Source: Polyangiales bacterium (GTDB taxonomy: Bacteria; Myxococcota_A; Polyangia; Polyangiales; Polyangiaceae). From it: a stretch of 64,000 nt of DNA. The notes beneath the pieces were generated by a model that was given only the letters and a program-made list of their open reading frames with translations, searched no databases and was not told where the DNA came from. A program made the position numbers and the translations under genes. Positions 35,550 to 46,782 of this stretch are shown one piece after another. How positions within the stretch are numbered: position 1 is the stretch's first letter; every line of letters begins with the position of its first letter. The stretch covers positions 137,264 through 201,263 of the forward strand of contig JBBRNJ010000005.1 in NCBI GenBank assembly GCA_038230375.1, given 5' to 3'.

Positions 35550-36572
35550 TCAGAACGGGCTGTCGCGAACGATACCGCCGCTGCCCTTCGGGGCGTGGGG
35601 GGGCTTGGGCGGCTGGGGGGGCGGGGGTGGCTGGGGAGGCTGAGCCGCCACCGCGCCGCCACCATTGCCGCCCGCGCGCGGGGGGGCCGGCACCGGTACT
35701 GCAGCGATGGGCTGAGGCTTGGGGGGAGCCGCTTGAATCGGCGGAGGGGCCTGAGCTGGTTGAGCGGTCGGCTGATCGCCACCGGGTTCGCCGGCCTTGG
35801 GAAGCGAGCCGGGCTTCATCACGGGGATGTCCTGGCTGAGCGGGCCCTGGGTCGCGGGGTCGTCCTTCGGAGGAGGCGGAATGTCGTTCTTCGGCCGAGC
35901 CTGGCCTGCGCCCAGTCCCGCTGCGGTGAGGTCCTTGGGCGGTGCGTCGCCGAATGCAAACTTGACCGCGATGCCAACACCCGCGAGCGCCACGAGCACC
36001 GCGCCAACACCGATGATCATCGGCAGGCTGGACTTCCTCGGGATCGCATACTGGTCGCTGTTGTTGGCGTTCTGCGCTTCCACGATGGGGCGCACGACTG
36101 CGGGACGCGCCGGACCACGTGATGCGGACACGCCAACACCAATCGCGGGCGGTCGCTCGGAGCGAATCAACGGACGCTCTTCGTCCGCAGCGGGCTGCGG
36201 CACGCTGAAGCTACCCGGCCCGCCGTTCGTTGGCGCAGGCGCCTGCATCTGCGGCATCTGTGGCGCCGCCATGCCCATCATGGTCTTCGCGTGCATGCCG
36301 CCGCCGTTCACCGTCGGTTGAGGCGCGGCCGCGGGCGCTGCGACCACCTGGGGTGCCGTGAAGGCAGCGGGAGCCGCCACGCCGGCGTTGCCGTTGGCTG
36401 TCTGGGCCAGCTCGTTGATCGCCTCTGGTGCGACCTCCCCACCCGCAGCGAATGGAGCGTCGTCCAGCTCCCAGGCGGGGCGAAACTGCGCCGCCAAGCT
36501 GTCCGCGTCTTCAGCGGAAACCTCTCCGTTGGGGCTGGCGCTGGAGCTTTGGCCTTGTTCGGTGGAGCTCAT
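35550..36572 (-). CDS. Pro-rich single-pass membrane protein
   Basis: Start MSSTEQ; low-complexity N-part, TM LPMIIGVGAVLVALAGVGIAV, Pro-rich C-part ending GGIVRDSPF. Confidence 0.75.
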   Translation of the reverse strand: MSSTEQGQSSSASPNGEVSAEDADSLAAQFRPAWELDDAPFAAGGEVAPEAINELAQTANGNAGVAAPAAFTAPQVVAAPAAAPQPTVNGGGMHAKTMMGMAAPQMPQMQAPAPTNGGPGSFSVPQPAADEERPLIRSERPPAIGVGVSASRGPARPAVVRPIVEAQNANNSDQYAIPRKSSLPMIIGVGAVLVALAGVGIAVKFAFGDAPPKDLTAAGLGAGQARPKNDIPPPPKDDPATQGPLSQDIPVMKPGSLPKAGEPGGDQPTAQPAQAPPPIQAAPPKPQPIAAVPVPAPPRAGGNGGGAVAAQPPQPPPPPQPPKPPHAPKGSGGIVRDSPF

Positions 36573-36674
36573 CTCGATGTTGTCCTCGAAGCCTCTGGAG
36601 CGTGGTTTGCCATGACCGCTAGCTACAGACGAGTGTAGCACCCGATCGGTCTGGAAGAAGCGCTTCGCACAAAC

Positions 36675-37127
36675 TCAGCTGAATTCACGCTTCAATACGT
36701 CATCCCACTCGTCCGCGACCTTGCCAACCGTGGCCAACAGGTCCTCGAACTCCTCGTAGTCCAGACCCGAGAGTCGGCGGAGAGCGCGCACGAACACCTC
36801 GTCACGCTGCGCATCGATTGCGAACGACGCGTCCGCGGTCGTCAGGAAGGAGAGCTCCAGCAGCCGGCGGTAGAACGCCTCGCGCTTCTGGTCGGGGACC
36901 GACATGACGGGCGCCATGAAGAGGAGCACGCCGTGGTCCTCCATCACGTTGATCCCGATACTGACGGAGCCCTTGCGCGCCTGCGTATAGCCGCTGTCGT
37001 CGAGCGGATCGATCGACGCGCCTGCGCGCTCGGCGAAGCGATTCAGGTAGGCGTTGACCATCGCGCGCGCATCGGAGAAGACTTGCCCGGTGGCTCGATC
37101 GGCGTAGACAGGAGAGGTAGTTTGCAA
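36675..37127 (-). CDS. YbjN/CesT-like (type III chaperone fold) protein
   Basis: FYRRLLELSF...ASFAID...EVFVRALRRLSGLDYEEFEDLL..V..VADEWDD pattern; TTG start at 37127 has a GAAGGAG SD; alternative ATG at 37061. Confidence 0.75.
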   Translation of the reverse strand: MQTTSPVYADRATGQVFSDARAMVNAYLNRFAERAGASIDPLDDSGYTQARKGSVSIGINVMEDHGVLLFMAPVMSVPDQKREAFYRRLLELSFLTTADASFAIDAQRDEVFVRALRRLSGLDYEEFEDLLATVGKVADEWDDVLKREFS

Positions 37128-38798
37128 GGGACGCTCCTTCGACCGCCGGATCATACCCAAAGGCCCTGGAAAAGGGGGCGCCTTCGCGCGCGCCTCGCCG
37201 TCGTTCTCGCGCTGGGCCTCTTTCTGGGCGCCTGCGCATCGGAGTCGACCGCCCCGAAGCCCACGGGTGATGAAGAGGTCGACCGCGCGCGGGCGATGCT
37301 CGCGCCCGATGCAAAGCTGCCAGATCGCCCCACGGTGCTCACCCGCGCCCAGACCATTGCGGCGCGGGCCGCACGGGAAGGGGCGGGCGCACGCGCCGTG
37401 TCGCTCGACGTGCTCGCGGCGTCGCTCCTCGAGCGCGTGTGGCGCGTGGAGCGAAAGGAGCAGGACGCGAAGGAAGCGATCGATCTCTATCGCGCCGCCT
37501 CGAAGGACATGTCACTCCCTGGCGTCTGCGATGCGGCGATCGCTGGAGCCAACCTCTCCGGCGAGCTCGCGCGCGACGCCTCCACGACCTATGCGGAGCT
37601 CTATCGCGGAAGCCACAAGAACGGGGTGCCCGCGCCGTGCAAGGCTCGCCTCGAAGCGGAGATGAATTTTCTCTCCGCGTTCCGCCCGCCTTCGCAGGTG
37701 CTCGACGCGATCGACCGCGGGCTGGAAGGCGAGGGGGCGATCGAGCGCGCATCCGACGCCGGTCTGCGCGTGAACGTCGTCCCCAAGGTCACGAACGTGG
37801 AGCAGTGGTCCGGTCCCGAGGGCGCGCGCGTCGTCGTGACGCTCGATGGTCCCGCGCGGTACCAGGCCGGTGACGAGCCGAGCGCGCAGGGAAAAGGCGC
37901 GCGCACCTATGTGGAGCTGTTCGGCGTGGATGCGAACGGACCCGCGCGCGCGGCGCCGATGACCGGCCTGGTGAGTCAGCTCAAGGTAGAGCCCACTTCC
38001 ACTGGCGCTCGCATCGCGCTCGATCTCACCGGCCCGGGCTATCGCAAGGTGTTCCACCTGCTGGAGCCGTACCGCATCGTCATCGACGTCGCGAAGAACG
38101 TCCCGGGCCAGCAGAAGGGCGCAGGCAAGCGCACTGTCACGCGCGTCGTGGTCGATCCCGGTCACGGTGGCAACGACCCCGGCGCAATCGGGCCCACGGG
38201 CGCGAAGGAGAAGGACGTCACGCTCGACATCGCGCACAAGGTCGCGCCAGCGCTGTCGCGCCTGGGCATGTCCGTCACGCTCACGCGCGATGACGATCGC
38301 TACATCACGCTGGAGGAGCGGACTGCGCGTGCGAACGGGTTCGGCGCAGACCTCTTCATCTCCATCCATTGCAATGCTGCGGAGAAGCCCGCGCGCCACG
38401 GCGTGGAGACCTATGTGCTGGACACCACCCAGGACCAGATCGCAGGCCGCGTGGCCGCGCGCGAGAACGCCACGAGCCAGGCGGCGAACCTGGAGCTGGG
38501 CGGCATCCTCGCGAACATGCGCCTCGCGGACCAGGCTCAGCGCTCGAATCGCATGGCGGAGCTGCTTCAGAAGTCGGCGGTTGCGTCGCTGGCGAGCGAC
38601 TACAAGGACGTCACGGACGGCGGCGTGCATCCCGCCGGCTTCTACGTGCTCGTCGGCGCGCGCATGCCGGCCGTGCTCTTCGAGACCAGCTACATCTCGA
38701 ACCCCGAAGAAGAGAAGCGTCTCACCAGCGACGAATACAAAGGTCGACTCGCGGACGCGATCGTGAACGCAGTGAAGGCCTACCGCGAGGGCAGATAG
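37122..38798 (+). CDS. N-acetylmuramoyl-L-alanine amidase (Amidase_3) lipoprotein with AMIN-like domains
   Basis: VVVDPGHGGNDPGAIG, EKDVTL, LTRDDD, LFISIHCNA, FYVL..MPAVLFETSYISN; lipobox FLGAC-A; start uncertain (in-frame TTG at 37122 with GGAGAGG upstream). Confidence 0.9.
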   Translation: MQGTLLRPPDHTQRPWKRGRLRARLAVVLALGLFLGACASESTAPKPTGDEEVDRARAMLAPDAKLPDRPTVLTRAQTIAARAAREGAGARAVSLDVLAASLLERVWRVERKEQDAKEAIDLYRAASKDMSLPGVCDAAIAGANLSGELARDASTTYAELYRGSHKNGVPAPCKARLEAEMNFLSAFRPPSQVLDAIDRGLEGEGAIERASDAGLRVNVVPKVTNVEQWSGPEGARVVVTLDGPARYQAGDEPSAQGKGARTYVELFGVDANGPARAAPMTGLVSQLKVEPTSTGARIALDLTGPGYRKVFHLLEPYRIVIDVAKNVPGQQKGAGKRTVTRVVVDPGHGGNDPGAIGPTGAKEKDVTLDIAHKVAPALSRLGMSVTLTRDDDRYITLEERTARANGFGADLFISIHCNAAEKPARHGVETYVLDTTQDQIAGRVAARENATSQAANLELGGILANMRLADQAQRSNRMAELLQKSAVASLASDYKDVTDGGVHPAGFYVLVGARMPAVLFETSYISNPEEEKRLTSDEYKGRLADAIVNAVKAYREGR

Positions 38799-38801
38799 CG
38801 C

Positions 38802-40568
38802 CTACGCGGGCCCTGCCGCACCGAGCATGCCGCGCACGACTTCTTGCGCGATCGGGTGATACTGCTTCTCGTATCGCTCGAACAGCTCGCGCGCGAGCGG
38901 TGCCGTTTCCTCGCGCCTGAGCAGCGCGCGATAGAGCGGCTTCAGGTACTTCATGCGCCCGGTCCACCCGAGCACCTCCGTCACCCGCGGGAGCGCGGGC
39001 GCGAAGCCCGACGCACACGCCAGCACCAGGAAGCTCACGAGCACCTCGGGGTTCTTGGATTGTGTGAGGGCGTACGAAGCCTCCAGCTCCGTACACACGG
39101 CGAGCGGTGAAGGCTTCGGCATTGCTTCCAGGTACAGATGCCACTCCATCGCGCTCCAGTCCTTCGATTCGTCCTTCGTGGGCGCGCGTCCAGCGACCTT
39201 CTCCACCGCGCGAAGTCGCGCCGACTCCGGCCGCCAGGTTCCCGGGGGCAACAGCGGACCGTCGAGCCACGCGTGCGCGTCGACCTTCGCAAGCAAGCCG
39301 GGCAGCTCGTTCTCCACCAGGGCCACGAAATCCTCCGTGGTCGCTGCGCCGAAGCGATGCGCGCCAAGCCACTTCTTCAGAAGCGCATCGAAGGGCTGCG
39401 CACCGGCCGCGGCCTCCAGTGTCTTCAAGAAGAGGTAGCCCTTCTCGTACGTAACCCGGCTGAACGCCTGGTCGGGGTCGAGGCCGGTGTGGTGGGTGCG
39501 CAGCCGCGTGAGCTCGGGGGTGCTGGCGAGCACCACGAACGACTCCTTCAGCTTCTCGTAGCCGATCGCTGCGTGCAGCGCGGCGATGTCCGCGCCTTCC
39601 AGTACCTCGAGGATGCGGCGCTCCGCGAAGACGGTGAAGCCTTCGTTGAGCCAGAAGTGCTCCGCGTTTGCGTTCGTCACCAGATTGCCCGTCCACGAGT
39701 GCGCGAGCTCGTGCGCGACCACGTTCACCAGGCTGCGATCTCCGGTGAGGAGCGACGGTGTGAGGAAGGTGAGACGCGGGTTCTCCATTCCGCCGTAAGG
39801 AAACGAGGGCGGCATCACGAGCAGATCAAAGCGCTCCCAGTCGTACGGGCCGAACAGCGCCTCCGCTGCGCGAAGCTGCTCCTCCACGTTCGCAAGCTCC
39901 CACGCCGCGGCCTCCACTTGCGCGGGCTCTGCCCACACGCGCGAGCGCGGCGACAGATCCTTCGACGCCAGCTCCCCGACGGCGAACGCGAGCAGGTACG
40001 GGGGAATGGGCTGATGCATCTCGAAGCGCTCGATCGCACGCGCGCCTTGCACATCGCGGCCAACGCTCGCGGCGCCCATCACGGCGCGGAGGTGCGACGG
40101 CACGTCGAGCGATGCCGTGTACGTCTGACGAATGCTCGGCGTGTCCTGGCACGGCACCACGCTGCGTGCGTGCAGCGCCTGGCACTGCGAGAAGACGTAC
40201 GGATACTTCTTTCCCAGCGTCTGCTCGGGCGACACCCACTGGAGCGCCGACGCTTGCGGCGACGTGCGATAGTCGATGCGGATCCATTCGGCGCCTGCGG
40301 GGACGGCGACCTCGAGGCGCGCGCCAAGGATCGGATCAGTCGCGTGCAGCACATGAGAGAGCGGCTCGCCTGCCGGACCGTGCACCCCGTCGATGCTGAG
40401 CCCGCGCGTGTCCAGGTCGAGCACGCCACCCGCAGCAGCGGCGACGAAGCGGAGCGTCACCTGGGCGGTGAGCACCTGCGTCGAGAAATCGACGACGGCC
40501 TTCCACTCGAAGGTCTTGGTGCGCGGCTGCGCGTCGTCTGCGTACGAGTGCGGGTCAGGTCGAGCCAT
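38802..40568 (-). CDS. M1 family aminopeptidase (leukotriene A4 hydrolase-like)
   Basis: DPHSYA N-terminus, FPYGGMENP, HELAHSWTGNLVTNA...WLNEG, YEKG, GRMKYLKPLY. Confidence 0.95.
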   Translation of the reverse strand: MARPDPHSYADDAQPRTKTFEWKAVVDFSTQVLTAQVTLRFVAAAAGGVLDLDTRGLSIDGVHGPAGEPLSHVLHATDPILGARLEVAVPAGAEWIRIDYRTSPQASALQWVSPEQTLGKKYPYVFSQCQALHARSVVPCQDTPSIRQTYTASLDVPSHLRAVMGAASVGRDVQGARAIERFEMHQPIPPYLLAFAVGELASKDLSPRSRVWAEPAQVEAAAWELANVEEQLRAAEALFGPYDWERFDLLVMPPSFPYGGMENPRLTFLTPSLLTGDRSLVNVVAHELAHSWTGNLVTNANAEHFWLNEGFTVFAERRILEVLEGADIAALHAAIGYEKLKESFVVLASTPELTRLRTHHTGLDPDQAFSRVTYEKGYLFLKTLEAAAGAQPFDALLKKWLGAHRFGAATTEDFVALVENELPGLLAKVDAHAWLDGPLLPPGTWRPESARLRAVEKVAGRAPTKDESKDWSAMEWHLYLEAMPKPSPLAVCTELEASYALTQSKNPEVLVSFLVLACASGFAPALPRVTEVLGWTGRMKYLKPLYRALLRREETAPLARELFERYEKQYHPIAQEVVRGMLGAAGPA

Positions 40569-40570
40569 CT

Positions 40571-41464
40571 TCAGGCCTCCTTCGCGGGTTCGGGTGTGTC
40601 TGGTGCGTCCTCTGCCAACCACTGCCCATCACGGAGGACGTACCGTGATTTTCCGGGCGTTCGTGCTTCCTTGGTCTCGTGTTCCGGATCGCCTGGGAGC
40701 ACGAGCGCGAGCGTGTCGCCCTTTGCATCCTTCACGGGCTTGAGCTCGGGACAGATGGGCGCAAGCTTCGCGGTCGCGCACCACGCGATGATCTCGTCGG
40801 CGGACTTGAAGCCGGCGAGGATCTCCAGCGTGCGGTGCGTCGGCGGTGCGAGCTCGACCTCGCGACGTGAGAAGCGCGCGAGGATCTCGGCGGGTGTGGC
40901 CCAGAAGCTTGCCATGGTCTCGTGCTCGTCGTGCGCTCCGGACTGGCCCGCGGGCGCCTTGCACACGAAGAAGCGTGCGTCGTATCGCCGCGCCTCGGCG
41001 CTGGGCGTGACCCACCGAGAGAACGGCACCACGCGCCCGAGATGCAGCTTGATCCCGAGCGCGCGCAGCTCGGCACGTAGCTCGGCGCCGCCAGCGACCT
41101 TGGTCCGCAGTGCGAGCACCGCGTCGTCCGTCAAAGCGCCGTCGTTCACCGGAAGGATCGCGGCCTCTTCGAGCGTCTCGCGGCATGCAGCAATGCGGAG
41201 CGCGCGAAGATGCGCGCCATCGGCGGCGAAGCCCGCGGGCGGAGGCTCGTCTACCTTCTCTTCGCAGAGCTCGCGCCACGCTTCGTCGCTGTCCGCGGCA
41301 TCCAGCTTGCCACCCGGGAACACGAGCGCACCGCCCATGAAGCGGCTCTTCTTGTTTCGCTCCACGCAGAAGACGGCGGGCCCATCTGCGGTGTCCTTGA
41401 GCAGCAGCAGTGTGGAGGCATCCCTGGGGGCGACGCCCTTCCGGTCGAAGGAGAGATCGAGCAT
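40571..41464 (-). CDS. NUDIX hydrolase (NUDT19-like)
   Basis: PRDASTLLLL, FMGGALVFPGG.LD, AACRETLEEA, WVTP...RRYDARFF. Confidence 0.9.
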   Translation of the reverse strand: MLDLSFDRKGVAPRDASTLLLLKDTADGPAVFCVERNKKSRFMGGALVFPGGKLDAADSDEAWRELCEEKVDEPPPAGFAADGAHLRALRIAACRETLEEAAILPVNDGALTDDAVLALRTKVAGGAELRAELRALGIKLHLGRVVPFSRWVTPSAEARRYDARFFVCKAPAGQSGAHDEHETMASFWATPAEILARFSRREVELAPPTHRTLEILAGFKSADEIIAWCATAKLAPICPELKPVKDAKGDTLALVLPGDPEHETKEARTPGKSRYVLRDGQWLAEDAPDTPEPAKEA

Positions 41465-41985
41465 CAGCGCATCCTCGTGCGGCGGCGTTCCTCGGCGGCG
41501 CGGTCCCGCATCCTGCGCTCGCCCTCGGGGTCCTCGACGAACGTGACGGAGTCGAACGGTAGCTCACCGTTTGGATCGCGGAGGAGGAGCGCCAGTGCGT
41601 GCTCTGGCGTGATGCGCTCGTTCGCGCGTCCTGGCAGCTCGATCACGCAGCGCCGCGCGCGGAGTCCGGTCAGCGAGCGAGAGATCGCCGCGAGGGCGCT
41701 CGAGAACGCCGCGTCGTCGAATGCCGCCATGGGTCCAAGGCCAACGGCGAGCACCTTGTCGAACGGGATGCGCGGCCTGCCGGGGACGAGCGTGATCTCG
41801 CCCAGGTCACCCTGCATGAAGCCCTTCGCGGCAAGGCGCGACATGCGCCCGAGCATGCGGTCGTCCAGCTGTCCCAGGAGCCCGCGGAACGGGCGGATGT
41901 CGCGGTAGAAGCCCACGGCGAGCACCTCGCCCTGGGACTCGTCCACTGCCCGAAGGCTCCGAGGCGTGCACGAGAACTCCAGCAT
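41464..41985 (-). CDS. M17 leucyl aminopeptidase N-terminal-domain-only protein
   Basis: RPFRGLLGQLDDRMLGRMSRL...F.GDLGEITL...KVLAVGLG; no catalytic domain. Confidence 0.7.
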   Translation of the reverse strand: MLEFSCTPRSLRAVDESQGEVLAVGFYRDIRPFRGLLGQLDDRMLGRMSRLAAKGFMQGDLGEITLVPGRPRIPFDKVLAVGLGPMAAFDDAAFSSALAAISRSLTGLRARRCVIELPGRANERITPEHALALLLRDPNGELPFDSVTFVEDPEGERRMRDRAAEERRRTRMR

Positions 41986-41989
41986 GTGC

Positions 41990-42412
41990 TCAGCGATCCT
42001 TGTCGGACCGGCCCACTTCGTCGGCGACCTTGGAGAGCACGCCGTTCACGAACGCCTTGGATTCGTCGGTGCCGAAGGTCTTCGCCAGCTCCACGGCCTC
42101 ATCCAGGATGACGGCGCGCGGAACGTCGCCCTTGTAGACCAGCTCCCAGGTGGCGAGCCGCAATACGTTGCGGTCCACGCGCGCCATGCGCTCCAGGCGC
42201 CAGTTCTCGCTCGCCTTCGTGATGCGTGCGTCCACTTCTGCCGCGTGCTCCGCGAAGCCGCGCAGCGCCGCGTTGGCGTACTCGCGTCCGTCGGGGTCGG
42301 CCTCGAAGCTCTTCCAGAAGAGCACGATGACCTGCTCGGGCTCCGCGGCCGACGCCTCCAGCTGAAAGAGCATCTGCAGCGCCGCCTCGCGGCCTCTGTG
42401 ACGTGCGCCCAT
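41990..42412 (-). CDS. nusB: Transcription antitermination factor NusB
   Basis: RHRGREAALQMLF, NWRLERMARVDRNVLRLATWEL, VILDEAVELAKTFG..S.AFVNGVL. Confidence 0.97.
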   Translation of the reverse strand: MGARHRGREAALQMLFQLEASAAEPEQVIVLFWKSFEADPDGREYANAALRGFAEHAAEVDARITKASENWRLERMARVDRNVLRLATWELVYKGDVPRAVILDEAVELAKTFGTDESKAFVNGVLSKVADEVGRSDKDR

Positions 42413-42897
42413 CAGAACGCCGCGTCGATCTCGCGTGCCAGCGAGACCATCTCGATCGCGGATACCGCCGCGTCCCAGCCCTTGTTGCCGGCCTTGGTGC
42501 CTGCGCGCTCCACGGCCTGCTCGATGTTGTCCGTGGTCAGCACGCCGAACGCGACGGGCACACCGGAAGAGAGCGACACCTGCGCGGCGCCCTTGGCGAC
42601 CTCACCGGCGACGTAGTCGAAGTGCGGTGTGGACCCGCGGATGACCGCGGCGATCGCGATGAGCGCGGATGACTTCTTCTTCGCAGCGATCTTCGCGAGC
42701 GCCGTGGGGATCTCCCACGCGCCGGGCACGCGCACGATCGTGATCATGCTTGCGTCGCCGCCATGCCGGACGATCGCGTCCACTGCGCCTTCCACGAGCC
42801 GGTCCACGATGAAGTGGTTGAAGCGGCTCGCGACGATGCAGAACTTTGAACCCCTGGGGACGACGACGTTACCTTCGATCACGCGCGGCACTGACAT
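42412..42897 (-). CDS. ribH: 6,7-dimethyl-8-ribityllumazine synthase
   Basis: [49 protein letters not shown]. Confidence 0.97.
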   Translation of the reverse strand: MSVPRVIEGNVVVPRGSKFCIVASRFNHFIVDRLVEGAVDAIVRHGGDASMITIVRVPGAWEIPTALAKIAAKKKSSALIAIAAVIRGSTPHFDYVAGEVAKGAAQVSLSSGVPVAFGVLTTDNIEQAVERAGTKAGNKGWDAAVSAIEMVSLAREIDAAF

Positions 42898-42940
42898 GGT
42901 CTTCTTCTCCGGCTCTCGGCGGCGACCCCCCTTTGCTCGG

Positions 42941-44083
<1,143 letters not shown>

Positions 44084-44085
44084 GG

Positions 44086-44784
44086 CTATCGTTTCTCTGC
44101 GAAGCGCGCCAGGCGTGCGGCCCACGCGTCGTCGTCGTTGTTCGTGCGTCCGTCCACATCCAGCATGCGCGCCACGTAGCGCGCAAAGAGGTCCACCTCG
44201 AGGTTGACGCGCGACCCCGTGCGCAGCGTGCCGAGCGTGGTCACCTCCTGCGTGTGCGGGATGAGCATCACGTCGAAGGTCTCGTCCGACGTGTTGCCGG
44301 ACGTCTGGTGTGGCGGCTCACCGACGTGGTTCACAGTGAGGCTCACGCCGTTGATGGTGATGGAGCCCTTCTCCGCGATGAAGCGCGCGAGCGCCTTCGG
44401 GAAGGAGAATGTGACGCGCGTGTAGGCGTCCACGGCTTCCATCCTGGTGCACACGCCGGTGCTGTCGACATGACCCGACACCACGTGCCCGCCGAAGCGT
44501 GCGCCGGCCGCGAGCGCGCGCTCCAGGTTCACCGAGCCGCCCACAGAGGCATCCCCGAGCGTGGTGCGTTCCAGCGACTCGCTGGACACGTCAAAGGTGA
44601 GGGTGTCACTCGTTGCGGCCCGCACGGTGAGGCAGCAGCCGTCCACGGCGATGGACTCGCCAAGCGTCACACGCTCGCTCGGCTCGAACCTGGCACGCAC
44701 GACGAGCTCCGCATTCTTCCCGCCGCTTCCGACGAGCGTGCGGGACGCGACGATCCCCTGCTTTTCGACCAGTCCCGTAAACAT
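44086..44784 (-). CDS. ribE: Riboflavin synthase (alpha chain)
   Basis: MFTGLVE N-terminus, [56 protein letters not shown]. Confidence 0.97.
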   Translation of the reverse strand: MFTGLVEKQGIVASRTLVGSGGKNAELVVRARFEPSERVTLGESIAVDGCCLTVRAATSDTLTFDVSSESLERTTLGDASVGGSVNLERALAAGARFGGHVVSGHVDSTGVCTRMEAVDAYTRVTFSFPKALARFIAEKGSITINGVSLTVNHVGEPPHQTSGNTSDETFDVMLIPHTQEVTTLGTLRTGSRVNLEVDLFARYVARMLDVDGRTNNDDDAWAARLARFAEKR

Positions 44785-44851
44785 GTCCTCCGAGCATGTA
44801 GTCTCAAGAGGGTCCTGGGTAAAGGTGCGGTTTGTTGCTATCCTTCGATGA

Positions 44852-45535
44852 ATGCCGCGCAGTGCGCGTCCACTCCTCCTCACCACGGTCCTCGCACTTT
44901 TCGCGCTAGTGACGCTTGCGCTCTCCGCCTTCGGCTGCGGCCCGAGCTATCAGGCCATTCACGAGGGGGATGCGCGCTTCGAGCACTGCTACGCGATCGA
45001 CGAGGGCGCGGCGGCGTCGATGGACGACAAGTCCAGGTGCTGGAGCGACTACCGCCAGCACTACGCGTTCGGTCAGGCGCGCGACCGGCTCACGTATGCC
45101 GCACGCCGCGAGCAGCTGCTCGCGCGTTCGCAAGCGGTGCCCACCGACGAGGCCATGATGGAAGCGGCGCCTGGGCAGGTAGCGGTGGTGCCGAACGCGC
45201 CCGCACCAACGAACGCCTTCGTGCCGCCCCCGCAGCTCCTCCAGCAACCGCCGCCGAAGGTCGTGACGACCGCGTCCACGTCGATGGCCGCTGCGCACTT
45301 CCAGCAGCAGGACGCGGGCGCGTTGCCGATCACCTCGACCCCTCCATTCAGCCCGGTGCGCGAAGCACCTGGCGCCTCCTGCGCAAACCGTTGCACGGAA
45401 AGCTGGCACACGTGCGAGAGGACCTGCATCGGCGCCAAGGGTGGCCCAGCGTCACCAGCCGCCAACGCAGCGAAGGCCGCGTGCGATCGTTGCGACAAGA
45501 CTCACAGAACCTGCATGGCCGCCTGCTTCCGCTGA
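44852..45535 (+). CDS. Hypothetical lipoprotein with Cys-rich C-terminus
   Basis: Lipobox AFGC-G; Cx3Cx6Cx3C motif occurs twice at the C-terminus. Confidence 0.75.
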   Translation: MPRSARPLLLTTVLALFALVTLALSAFGCGPSYQAIHEGDARFEHCYAIDEGAAASMDDKSRCWSDYRQHYAFGQARDRLTYAARREQLLARSQAVPTDEAMMEAAPGQVAVVPNAPAPTNAFVPPPQLLQQPPPKVVTTASTSMAAAHFQQQDAGALPITSTPPFSPVREAPGASCANRCTESWHTCERTCIGAKGGPASPAANAAKAACDRCDKTHRTCMAACFR

Positions 45536-45666
45536 GGCTCGGGTACGCTTTCCGCACTTCATGATGACGCGGAGCGACGACCTGCGTACGCGGTTGCGCG
45601 TCCGATTTTGTCTTGGCGGAACCTTTACAAATCAGGTTTACGGACCACGCTTAAAAGTAAGTAGTC

Positions 45667-46719
45667 ATGAGGAAAGTAGTTGGTTCCTCTTCGGGCCCAA
45701 TACGGCTCGCAGGGTTCGTTCTCAGAAGCTCGCTCGCGACGTTCGGCATCGCGACAGCGCTCCTCGCCGCCGACACGCAGTTCGCCTCCGCGCAGGAGCC
45801 AGAGGTCTCGCTCCGACGGCCCGAGCCGCGCTCGAGCGACGCGGTGCAAGCATCGCAGATGACACCTGCGATGATCTCGCCGCCTCTCGCGCGCGAGTGG
45901 CGACAGGTGTTCGGCCACAACTGGCAGATCGCCGAAGTGCCGCTCGAAGCGGTGACCGAGACGGACACGCGCGAAGGAACGCGCGGTACGTGCGCTCCCG
46001 GCATGGTCGAAGTCGCGGGTGAGATGCTCGACTCGCCGATGGCCGAGTACACCCAGAACCTCGCCTGCGAGCACTGGATCTCCACGACGTTCCCGGAGCG
46101 CTGCGGCAACTTCTCGCGCGACCGCTGGCTCGCGCTCTCGCACAACCTGCCGCGCAAGCACAAACACTTCTGCATCGATCGGTTCGAGTACCCGAACCGC
46201 GTCGGCGAGTACCCCGTGATCGACATCACCTGGTACGAGAGTGACGCGCGCTGCAAGGCGGACGGCAAGCGCCTCTGCACGGAGGACGAGTGGACGTTCG
46301 CGTGCGAGGGTGAAGAGGCATCTCCTTACCCCACCGGCTACGAGCGCCCAGAGGAGGCGTGTGTGATCGATCGTCCGTGGAAGAAGCCGGACGAGGTCGT
46401 GCTCTTCAGGCGCACGTCGGTGGGCGCCATGATGGAGCTCGCGCGCCTGTGGCAGGGCGAGGCGTCGGGCACAAAGCCGCGCTGCAAGAGCGCGTTCGGC
46501 GTGTACGACCTGACCGGCAACGTGGACGAGTGGACCCGCTCCAGCATCCCGGGTGAGCGTCCGAGCGTCCTCAAGGGCGGCTACTGGGGACCGGTGCGCA
46601 CGCGCTGTCGTCCCGCAACGAAGGCGCACGACGAGGGCCATGCGTTCTACCAGCAAGGCTTCCGCTGCTGCGACAACGTCGGGTCCGCGCCAGTCGCTTC
46701 CACGGTCCCGACGCGCTAG
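45667..46719 (+). CDS. SUMF1/FGE-sulfatase (C-type-lectin fold) domain protein, exported
   Basis: CAPGMVEVAG, FCIDRFEY, GKRLCTEDEWTFAC, FGVYDLTGNVDEW, KGGYW, GFRCC. Confidence 0.9.
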   Translation: MRKVVGSSSGPIRLAGFVLRSSLATFGIATALLAADTQFASAQEPEVSLRRPEPRSSDAVQASQMTPAMISPPLAREWRQVFGHNWQIAEVPLEAVTETDTREGTRGTCAPGMVEVAGEMLDSPMAEYTQNLACEHWISTTFPERCGNFSRDRWLALSHNLPRKHKHFCIDRFEYPNRVGEYPVIDITWYESDARCKADGKRLCTEDEWTFACEGEEASPYPTGYERPEEACVIDRPWKKPDEVVLFRRTSVGAMMELARLWQGEASGTKPRCKSAFGVYDLTGNVDEWTRSSIPGERPSVLKGGYWGPVRTRCRPATKAHDEGHAFYQQGFRCCDNVGSAPVASTVPTR

Positions 46720-46782
46720 CTAGGCGTTGCGTTGCGCGCCGACGAAACCTAGATTCTCCTGCTGCGTACCAGGAGGACCGAG

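Noticed and set aside
36675..37127. Type III secretion system implied by the CesT/YbjN-like gene
   Set aside because: No injectisome genes nearby; this fold is widespread outside T3SS
44785..44851. FMN riboswitch upstream of the rib operon
   Set aside because: Only 67 nt of intergenic space and no RFN consensus segments
45667..46719. Diversity-generating retroelement target (C-type-lectin/FGE fold)
   Set aside because: No reverse transcriptase and no template-repeat/variable-repeat pair in the window
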